Positions 42,672 to 50,035 of a stretch of DNA of 64,000 nt are shown here, piece after piece. The DNA comes from an uncultured delta proteobacterium (GTDB taxonomy: Bacteria; Desulfobacterota; Binatia; UBA9968), in assembly GCA_963727625.1 (NCBI GenBank), contig CAVSHR010000002.1, positions 480,001 to 544,000 on the forward strand. Direction: 5' to 3'. The position numbers and the translations under genes were made by a program. The notes below the pieces were generated by a model, which saw nothing but the letters and a program-made list of their open reading frames with translations, was not told the DNA's origin and did not search any database. Position 1 is the first letter of the stretch, and each line of letters begins with the position of its first letter.

Positions 42672-43877
42672 TTAACTCCAAAGTTTCTTGCTCGCCAGCG
42701 CCGCGCCTTCGCAGAGGATGCGAAGTTTGGCCCACGCAATCTGAGGATGCACTCTCCCGCCCAGGCCACAGTCGGTGCCCGCGATCACGTTCTCGCGGCC
42801 TACGGCGTCGGCGAACGCGAGGATGCGGTCCGCCACCAGCTCCGGGTGCTCGACGACGTCCGTCGCGTGGCTGACGACGCCGGGAATCAGAATCTTGCCG
42901 GCCGGCAGCTTTACATTCCGCCAGACTTTGTGCTCATGCTCGTGGCGGCCGTTGCCCGCTTCCACCGAGTACGCGCCCGCATTCACTCTAAGCATGACGT
43001 CGACGACGTCGCGAAGCGGAATGTCCGTCGTGTGCGGGCCGTGCCAGCTGCCCCAGCAAATGTGATAGCGCACCCGATCCTGCGGAATGCCCGTGAGCGC
43101 GTGATTCAGCACCTCGACGCGCAGCAGCGCGTAGTGTTTGTATTCGTCCAGCGTCGGCCGCGGATCGAGCATGTCCCAGGCGCCGGGCAGACCGGGGTCA
43201 TCGAGCTGCAGGATGAAACCCGCGTCCGCGATTGCCCGGTATTCTTCGCGCATGGCCGCGGCGATCGCCTCTAGAAATGCCTCGGCGGTCGGGTAGTAAG
43301 TGTTCTGGTCGCGGCAAAACATCTCCAGGCTGCCGGGGGCGATGGAACTCATGAACGCTTCATCGACGCCTGCGGCATCGGCGGCTGCCTTCAGATTCGC
43401 GAGCTGGGCGCGCAGGTTCTCTTTGGCGGTGTAGGTAATCGGACCGATGCAGGTCGGGCGGCTCGCGGCGGTGCTCGGCGCTCCCAGTCCCGTGTCGGCG
43501 TAAAACTCGGCGAACTCGCGCTGCTCCCAGCGCTCGCCGACGATGCGCATGGGCGCTCCCGGAGCGGCCCGTTCGGGCGCAAGAGACTCCGCCGAGGTCG
43601 GGCCGAAACCGGAGACGCGTTCGAAGATGTAATTGCCCCAGGCACCCCGGTCCGTCGCCGCCCGCATGGGCTTGCCGAACTCGCCGTCGTTGGGAATATC
43701 GACGCCGGAATTTTTCTGCGCGACCACGACCTCGCCCACTGCAGAGCGCAACCGCGCCTGCAGAGCCGCTTCGTCCTCGGCCCCGCTGCTTTTCTTCGAC
43801 CACATTTCGCGCAAGTCGGCCGGTCGCGGCAGGCTGCCGGCATGCGTGGTCAGGATACGGTCAGTGCTTCGTCTCAT
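42672..43877 (-). CDS. Second cobalamin-independent methionine synthase II family protein
   Basis: TTHAGSL, NDGE, YHICWG, PGVVSH, TDCG. Confidence 0.9.
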   Translation of the reverse strand: MRRSTDRILTTHAGSLPRPADLREMWSKKSSGAEDEAALQARLRSAVGEVVVAQKNSGVDIPNDGEFGKPMRAATDRGAWGNYIFERVSGFGPTSAESLAPERAAPGAPMRIVGERWEQREFAEFYADTGLGAPSTAASRPTCIGPITYTAKENLRAQLANLKAAADAAGVDEAFMSSIAPGSLEMFCRDQNTYYPTAEAFLEAIAAAMREEYRAIADAGFILQLDDPGLPGAWDMLDPRPTLDEYKHYALLRVEVLNHALTGIPQDRVRYHICWGSWHGPHTTDIPLRDVVDVMLRVNAGAYSVEAGNGRHEHEHKVWRNVKLPAGKILIPGVVSHATDVVEHPELVADRILAFADAVGRENVIAGTDCGLGGRVHPQIAWAKLRILCEGAALASKKLWS

Positions 43878-44168
43878 AATGCCTCCGCCCAAACGTCATT
43901 ATCATGGCGTGCTCCTACGCTCACGTCCGGTATCTCGCAGTCGCCACATCGATTCATCACTCGAAGTAGCTCGATCTCTCCGTGCGCCATTTGTGGGAGA
44001 AACTATCCGCGCGAACGATGCCCTGTCAAATTGTTGAAGGGGAGAAGACACAAATTTGGCACTCGATAGCACTTGTTTAACCTAAGATGCGTGGCGTCGC
44101 TTTCTACGAGGCGCTGCGACTTGTCCCAATGTAGATTCCCAACTCCTTAAAACTTTCGCGTGACCTGC

Positions 44169-44206
44169 GATTGACGACTCGAGGCGTTAGCGATAACAGA
44201 GAAAAC
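44169..44206 (+). repeat. 38-bp promoter-like sequence, duplicated at 53460-53497
   Basis: GATTGACGACTCGA(ggcg/cggc)TTAGCGATAACAGAGAAAAC, 35/38 identical. Confidence 0.8.
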
Positions 44207-45314
44207 AAACATTCAAATTCACACCAGACGGGGCAAATCCCGGCCCCGCAACCAACCTTTTCAACACCTTATCAAGCCCCGGTTCGAAAACGGTTTGATC
44301 GAACTGCAATCCCAAAGTCCCGCAGTAGTCCGCCTGAATCATCGCCAGCGACGTTCCACAGTACTGAGCAACCGACAGCGGATTCTCCCCCCGCCTGATC
44401 GCTTCCGTGATAAACGTATGCCGCGTGGCGTAGAATTTCCTATGTCGAATTCCCAATTTCTTTAGCGGACCGCCCCAATTATGCTCACTCCACTTCCTTG
44501 CGTTCATAGGCTCCCCGTTCTTATTCACAAAAATATGCTTAAGCCCTAACTGAAGCGAAGGCAGAATTTTCAGAACGTTCAACACAGGTTCCCCAAAGTG
44601 AATCGTCCGCGCACTGCCAAACGTTTTAGGCCCCGACTCGCTGCCCATGTATCTCGATTTGCTGATTGATAGAGTCTGCCGCTCCAAGTCCACATCGGCC
44701 CAGGAAAGCGCCGAAGCCTCAGACGGACGCATACCCGTATGAAACAACGTAAAAACCCAAGGGAAATAAAAGAAATCATTCTCAGCCCAGTAAGCCACAA
44801 TTTTGTCCCGCTCTTCCGCTGTAAACGGGTCTGGCTTCGCCCGCTGGTTCCGAGGCCATTCAATGTCAATAAACGGGTCTCTCCCCTTCAACGCCTCGAA
44901 ATCGCCCCGTGCGCCCTTGTAAAGCGCTCTAAATGAACCGTCAACGACATTTCGAGCAGTTTTCACGCTCAGGCCCTGCTGTAGCAATTGCCCCCTAAAT
45001 TCAATCAATTCGCCCGTTCCAATGGCCAACAAGCGCCGGTCTTTGAATCTGGGAAGAATGTAAGCCCGGAAATGTTGGTTATAGTCCCGCACCCGAGATC
45101 GCCGGTAGAGCGGTTCAATCTTAGTCTTGATCCATGAATCATAATACTCCTGAACAGTAGGTGTTGGCGTCAACCCGTACTGTCCCTTGATGTATTGCTC
45201 AAGCCGATGTTGAGCCAGGCCTTTTTTCGTCGTCTTTAGCGACTTCGTCACGCTTCCGTCAATCAGATACCACCTAGAGCCTCGGTCTTTCCGCTGTTTG
45301 ATGTGTGGGGGCAA
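44187..45314 (-). CDS. Tyrosine recombinase/integrase whose 3' end spans the att site
   Basis: TGMRPSEA (R), GPKT (K), YATRHT, CGTS, ADY (catalytic Y); AGGAGG RBS before TTG. Confidence 0.93.
   Translation of the reverse strand: MPPHIKQRKDRGSRWYLIDGSVTKSLKTTKKGLAQHRLEQYIKGQYGLTPTPTVQEYYDSWIKTKIEPLYRRSRVRDYNQHFRAYILPRFKDRRLLAIGTGELIEFRGQLLQQGLSVKTARNVVDGSFRALYKGARGDFEALKGRDPFIDIEWPRNQRAKPDPFTAEERDKIVAYWAENDFFYFPWVFTLFHTGMRPSEASALSWADVDLERQTLSISKSRYMGSESGPKTFGSARTIHFGEPVLNVLKILPSLQLGLKHIFVNKNGEPMNARKWSEHNWGGPLKKLGIRHRKFYATRHTFITEAIRRGENPLSVAQYCGTSLAMIQADYCGTLGLQFDQTVFEPGLDKVLKRLVAGPGFAPSGVNLNVCFLCYR
44234..44254 (+). other. tRNA-Met 3'-end fragment = left att junction
   Basis: CAAATCCCGGCCCCGCAACCA matches a tRNA-Met T-loop/acceptor/ACCA end; no 5' tRNA half upstream. 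Confidence 0.8.
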
Positions 45315-45507
45315 GGATGGCCTCCTGAAAAGGAATTTCTAGCCCATGCAAAACCCGGTAAAAAGCATCAAGCCTCGGCATCTGGCCTTGCAAAATTTTC
45401 CCCAGGGTTTTGTTATTAACCCCACATACTGCACATGCGTCAGCGACTTTCAATTGCTTGGCTTCCATCGCTTGCAGTATACGGGCCACGTTAATCGTTA
45501 TATTCAT
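45274..45507 (-). CDS. XRE/Cro-like helix-turn-helix protein
   Basis: AMEAKQLKVADACAVCGVNNKTLGKILQG..PRL; overlaps the int start. Confidence 0.75.
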   Translation of the reverse strand: MNITINVARILQAMEAKQLKVADACAVCGVNNKTLGKILQGQMPRLDAFYRVLHGLEIPFQEAILAPTHQTAERPRL

Positions 45508-45534
45508 TGACTCACCAAAGGTCAGTCAGCAGGA

Positions 45535-45789
45535 TCACGAACCTTTGACCACTTTTCTAAGCCCTGGTTCACGATATTTTTCCATTGCTTCCCGTACGCT
45601 AGCCGCAGCCCCTTTCACTAGCATCTTAAGCCCATGGGGTTTCAGCGAGACGGCCAAATAAAGCAGCGCTGCCGCCCGCATGAATTCACTGACCTTCATG
45701 TCCAGTTTCTCAGCAGCTTCCTCAAAGGCTTGTTTATCCTGCGCTGACACTCTAACCATGATAACTCGACTACGATCCCGTGTTTCCAT
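45535..45789 (-). CDS. Ribbon-helix-helix protein (CopG/MobC/DUF1778-like)
   Basis: IMVRVS..DK..FEEAA....MKVSEFMR; GAGGAGG RBS. Confidence 0.8.
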   Translation of the reverse strand: METRDRSRVIMVRVSAQDKQAFEEAAEKLDMKVSEFMRAAALLYLAVSLKPHGLKMLVKGAAASVREAMEKYREPGLRKVVKGS

Positions 45790-45801
45790 AACGCCCTCCT
45801 C

Positions 45802-45920
45802 ATGTGTAATGCGTGTATATCATTATAGCTCAATATGTGTCAAGCGCTATTTTGACCGTATATAACAAGTGAACCGGACGCACGGCCAAGCGACGCAGCA
45901 ACCTAATATTTGACACATCC
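45802..45920. promoter_or_regulatory. Divergent promoter region of the element
   Basis: Minus-strand TTGACA (45838-43) and TATAAT (45822-27); plus-strand TTGACA (45910-15); 9-bp inverted repeat ATGTGTCAA/TTGACACAT. Confidence 0.55.
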
Positions 45921-45976
45921 CACCTAAAGAAAGTAAGTTTACGAAGGGCTTTGATAATTTGCTTGTTGGAGGCTCT

Positions 45977-48535
45977 TTGGAAATTCCGCTCGTCGTTACA
46001 ACTTCCGGGTTATACTCCCGCCTCGGAGGTGATTCAGACCTTTTGACTGCAGTTCTGTCCCTGCGCTCGGTCGCGGGCAGTCTCGCCGAGACCGTTTCAC
46101 GCACAGTCCCTGGCTTCACCGATCACAGCCTCAGACACATGGACGCCCTCTGGAGTGTCAGCGATCGTATACTTATTCAGCAAGAGTTGATGGCTTTGTC
46201 GTATGGCGAGGCATTTCTTTTGGCGTGCGGATTTTATCTTCATGATATTGGCATGGCATACGCCGCGACATCCGAAGGCCTGGCACGCGTCCGCTCGTCG
46301 CCCGTGTACGCGAGCGCCATGGCAACCGCCAGTGCCGCCACGGGCGCGAAAACAGATCGAGCCTTAGAAGCAAGAGCAATTGCAATCGCTGTTCGGCAAC
46401 TTCATGCAGACGCAGCGATCGAACTGGCTACAAGCCCAGTGCCAGGTACAAACATCCACTTGTTTGAAAGTAGTTCTGTCCGAGATTCATGGGCGGAAAC
46501 CGCTGGTCGTATCGCTACTAGTCACCATTGGAGTCTAGAAACCATTGAGCGCGAGCTAGGTTCCCAAGGGGTGATTCCTCTGCCAGGTGGTCGCAGGGGT
46601 GACCTCGGATATATCGCCTCGCTTCTCCGTATTGTGGATTATGCTCACATTAATAGAGACAGGGCACTAACGATTGACCGTGCATTCCGCCCACCTATCG
46701 AGCGGGAGAGTTTGATTCATTGGCTTGCGCAGGAACATGTCGACGGCCCAGCCCGGGACGGTGCTGACCTGGTTTACCGAGCATCAAGCGCGATTTCAGA
46801 TGTTGACGCCTGGTGGACATACTATGAAATGCTTAAAGGACTTGATGAAGAAATACGCGCAGTTAGACGTTATTTGGACCGACGCTTAGTGAGCCAAGGC
46901 CGCTTTTCGCTGCAGGGTGTTCGAGGCGCCACATCTCCCGAAGAGGCTGCCGTCTTTGTTCCTACCTCTGGGTTTCTTCCGATAGAAATTAACTTACGTA
47001 CCGGCTCAATCGAACGGTTGGTACAACTCCTCGCAGGCGAATCACTTTATGGCCCCGATCCGATGGCGGCCGTACGCGAATTGATTCAAAACGCGCGTGA
47101 CGCCGTCATGCTAAAAACTGCTCTTGCGGCTACGGAATTTGATAGAGCTACCCTCTCCATCCCCATCCGCATAGCACTCAAAACAAATAGTTCCGCCCCG
47201 ATGTTGGAAGTCATGGATTCAGGTATAGGAATGACCCAAAAAGTTATGACCGACTACCTTATTTCGATTGCTTCCGATTATTGGACGTCGCAGATAGACA
47301 TCGATTTTCCGGGAGCTCGTGATCGGGGCTTCCACCCAGCGGGTAAATTCGGAATCGGATTCCTCTCCGTGTTCATGTTAGGTGAAGAGGTCACTGTAGA
47401 GTCCAATCGTGACGGAGGAGAACGTTATCAGCTTCATCTCCGAGGCGTAGGCCGGCGAGGTGAAATCCTAAGTCGAGTTGGACCATCCGGCAGCGGCACG
47501 GCTGTCCGTATATCTCTGAAACCGCAAGTCGTTGAGGCCCTTCGACCCCTTAGCGATCTAGTCAAAGTGTACGCTCCGATGCTGCCGCACAACCTAGAAG
47601 TCGAAGTAGACGGTCAACGCACAAGCATTCCAGCAGGCTGGTTACAAGAACTAAACGCTGATGAGTTCCTTAAGTGGACACTTAACGCCGTCTCGAAGCT
47701 GCAACGTAACCGAGCTGGCAGAACTTGGGATGACCGGAGGCTACCCCGCTCGATGTTTTTTCGCTACGGAATGACAGAGGAGCCCACAACGTGGCCCACA
47801 GGCTGGCCCGAATACCAAAATGCACATGTCCGATTGCTCGCCTCTTTTCACAATTACAGCCTTTTGTGTCTAAGAGGCCTGGCGATTCAACCCATTGCGA
47901 CGCCAGGTTTCGTTGGCGTTATTGACCTCGAATCAGCAACACCTGATGTGAGTAGAAAACAAATACTGAACAAGGATGTAACGGATATTATTCGTCACGC
48001 AAATCAAACAGTCAGGACGAAAATCGTCGAGAACCTAAACGCCCTGGCCAAGGGTTTACTAATCCAAAAACTCGACTTTGTAGGGATGTGTGTTTCTATG
48101 TATGGCCGAGAGACGATCTTAGAATCATCATTGCCCTGGATTAGCTTACTGAAATTGCCAGGTGAAGTACATTTGATAACTAGCACGATGCTCTTGGAGG
48201 AATTGTCCAAGGCCCCTTCACTATTTATTTCTTACGGCACAGGGCCCTGGACGGCAATGAAGCATTGGGGCGAGCTGAACTCGCAATCTTTGAGCGGTGC
48301 GCCAGCAGTAGTGCTCGATGATCTTCGCGGCGACAACTTGCGCTATCATGGCGGCTCAGAAGAAAAAGTAGGCACTTTGAGCGAGCTTTGGGATGACTGT
48401 GTTGATACGCCGCTATTTGGAACCGTCTTGCGACTCGCTGCCGAAGCGTGGCAGGTCAGCTTAGAGAACCTCACAGGACAAGAAGGGTGGCATCACTCTG
48501 GATCCGTACTTTGGGGTCAGCTCTTAAGACCGTGA
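45977..48535 (+). CDS. HD-domain (HD-CE-like) plus Hsp90-like GHKL ATPase protein, putative defence effector
   Basis: FTDHSLRH, LHDIGM, H..., SHH, LRIVD; LYG...RELIQNARDA, DSGIGM, GKFGIGFLS, GT; GGAGG RBS before TTG 45977. Confidence 0.8.
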   Translation: MEIPLVVTTSGLYSRLGGDSDLLTAVLSLRSVAGSLAETVSRTVPGFTDHSLRHMDALWSVSDRILIQQELMALSYGEAFLLACGFYLHDIGMAYAATSEGLARVRSSPVYASAMATASAATGAKTDRALEARAIAIAVRQLHADAAIELATSPVPGTNIHLFESSSVRDSWAETAGRIATSHHWSLETIERELGSQGVIPLPGGRRGDLGYIASLLRIVDYAHINRDRALTIDRAFRPPIERESLIHWLAQEHVDGPARDGADLVYRASSAISDVDAWWTYYEMLKGLDEEIRAVRRYLDRRLVSQGRFSLQGVRGATSPEEAAVFVPTSGFLPIEINLRTGSIERLVQLLAGESLYGPDPMAAVRELIQNARDAVMLKTALAATEFDRATLSIPIRIALKTNSSAPMLEVMDSGIGMTQKVMTDYLISIASDYWTSQIDIDFPGARDRGFHPAGKFGIGFLSVFMLGEEVTVESNRDGGERYQLHLRGVGRRGEILSRVGPSGSGTAVRISLKPQVVEALRPLSDLVKVYAPMLPHNLEVEVDGQRTSIPAGWLQELNADEFLKWTLNAVSKLQRNRAGRTWDDRRLPRSMFFRYGMTEEPTTWPTGWPEYQNAHVRLLASFHNYSLLCLRGLAIQPIATPGFVGVIDLESATPDVSRKQILNKDVTDIIRHANQTVRTKIVENLNALAKGLLIQKLDFVGMCVSMYGRETILESSLPWISLLKLPGEVHLITSTMLLEELSKAPSLFISYGTGPWTAMKHWGELNSQSLSGAPAVVLDDLRGDNLRYHGGSEEKVGTLSELWDDCVDTPLFGTVLRLAAEAWQVSLENLTGQEGWHHSGSVLWGQLLRP

Positions 48536-48570
48536 TGTGCTAAACTAAGCTTTTAATGTACCAACGCGCT

Positions 48571-48605
48571 TGCGCAGGGGCAGACGCATCTTCTGCCCCT
48601 GCGCA
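48571..48605. other. Perfect 14-bp GC-rich hairpin (candidate single-strand origin or terminator)
   Basis: TGCGCAGGGGCAGA-cgcatct-TCTGCCCCTGCGCA. Confidence 0.6.
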
Positions 48606-48871
48606 GCTACTGCTAAATTCATAAAACACTCCGACAAATGGCCTGCGAACGAGAAACGCAACCGATCTAGCGCGATGACGTTCCTTATTGAACTTTATCC
48701 TTGCGGCCCGAGCGACACCCGTTTTTAGCCTACCCATGTCCCCACCACCTTTTTTATAGAATTCATAAACAATTTTTCTTCCACATTTGGCTTTAAACGA
48801 ACGATCTCGCATTAACCCTCATCTACCCCCCCTCTCACCTCTTATCGAGGCGCACCCCGACGTTGCGAATT

Positions 48872-49564
48872 TCAGAAGAGCTCGACTATCTGACGCTCGC
48901 GTACCTCAAGCAGCCTTCCTCCAATCACCGTTGAGCCCTCAGTCAACACCTCTTCCCACGAAACCAGCAGATCCTGAAAAGTAACGTCCGGCATCTCACG
49001 ATCAAACTTGTAAGCGTAATGCACGTCATGGCGAACCAACCTCAACATTCGAACCATAAACTTCCAGCCTTTGCCTATCGCAACCCTCGCACGCTTCCAG
49101 CTCCAGGACATCCTCACCAGTGCCCCCCGCTGATCGGCCAGGTATTGAAGAGCGAAATATCTCCCAACGCGACGAATTGAATTATTCCCCAGATTCATAC
49201 GCTGAATATAAACAATGTACGCTCCGTGAATGGTGTCCCACTGTTCGGAAAGCCAACCTTGATCGATGATGAACGGCCGATCGCCAGCCCAGGCCCAAAC
49301 CATGTGGAGAACTCCGTTGCCCTCCGAGGTTTCCACCACGAACGTTTCGACTCCTTTGTAACCGAGGTCACGTTCAACTCGCCGGCGAAGTTCTTGGAGA
49401 TGGCGACGCAGGAGATGAGCCGGACCATTATCAGCAGTGGTTAGATCGATCCTCGAAATCTGACAATTACGAGATTTTGCTTCGTAGCACCAACTTATAA
49501 GCCGGTTAAATACTCGCTTCTGTTGTTTTGTCCACGGCTTAAAATCACCCTTAGAATTCACCAC
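48872..49564 (-). CDS. Putative HUH-superfamily rolling-circle replication initiator
   Basis: Motif I-like RIDLTT, motif II-like EGNGVLHMVW, WLSEQW..IHGA, motif III-like YFALQYL; AAGGAGG RBS. Confidence 0.65.
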   Translation of the reverse strand: MVNSKGDFKPWTKQQKRVFNRLISWCYEAKSRNCQISRIDLTTADNGPAHLLRRHLQELRRRVERDLGYKGVETFVVETSEGNGVLHMVWAWAGDRPFIIDQGWLSEQWDTIHGAYIVYIQRMNLGNNSIRRVGRYFALQYLADQRGALVRMSWSWKRARVAIGKGWKFMVRMLRLVRHDVHYAYKFDREMPDVTFQDLLVSWEEVLTEGSTVIGGRLLEVRERQIVELF

Positions 49565-49723
49565 AAAACCTCCTTGGCACGACAGCCAACGGTTTGATTT
49601 TGGTTAGATCAAGGGTAGCCATAGGCAGCCTTTAGGCGCTTTTCCGCTTTTGTAACTTGTCGATTTGTCGGGAACTTAGCAGTTGAAGACTGTTAACAGC
49701 AGACGTTTCGGCGGATTCAAATC

Positions 49724-49903
49724 ATAGCACCATCCAATCCATTACGTGTAGGCCTCATCGGAGCCGCCGGCAGATGGGGACGGCGGGCGCATGTGCCGGC
49801 GCTCAAGGGCGTGTCCGAAGCCGAGCTCTATGCGGTGAGCACGGCGCACGCGGATACCGCCAAAGCGGCGGCCGGGAAGCTCGGCGTGGACCTGGCCTAT
49901 TAG
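49724..49903 (+). pseudogene. 5' remnant of a Gfo/Idh/MocA gene (ATG>ATA, stop after 59 codons), paralogous to 52181
   Basis: IAPSNPLRVGLIGAAGRWGRRAHVPALKG...YAVSTAHADTAKAAA vs MAQFDPLRVGLIGAGGRWGPRAHVPALKG. Confidence 0.85.
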
Positions 49904-50035
49904 AAGAGAGAAGGCTTTTTTTCAATGCACATGGCCCATAGGTGCTCATCGCGGCGCGAAAAAAACCTTGCCGCACCTTTTCGCAATAGATTAACTAGAG
50001 CTTGTCAGGTTTAGGTTAAGGGGTTTACGGAACGC

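Larger units (their letters stand above)
44240..49723. mobile_element. 5,484-bp integrative, probably rolling-circle, element (int, XRE, RHH, HD-CE/HATPase cargo, HUH-like Rep)
   Basis: CAAATC direct repeats at 44234-44239 and 49718-49723. Joining the ends rebuilds TTCAAATCCCGGCCCCGCAACCA. Visibly more AT-rich than the flanks. Confidence 0.85.

Noticed and set aside
44234-44254. Complete tRNA-Met gene
   Set aside because: Only the 3' 21 nt are present; the upstream sequence cannot form D or anticodon arms.
48540-48812. 90-aa ORF downstream of rep as a confident gene
   Set aside because: Runs through the hairpin, has an ambiguous start and no recognisable domain.
44240-49723. Intact prophage or inovirus
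   Set aside because: No Zot-like ATPase, small TM coat proteins, capsid, terminase or tail genes inside the boundaries.
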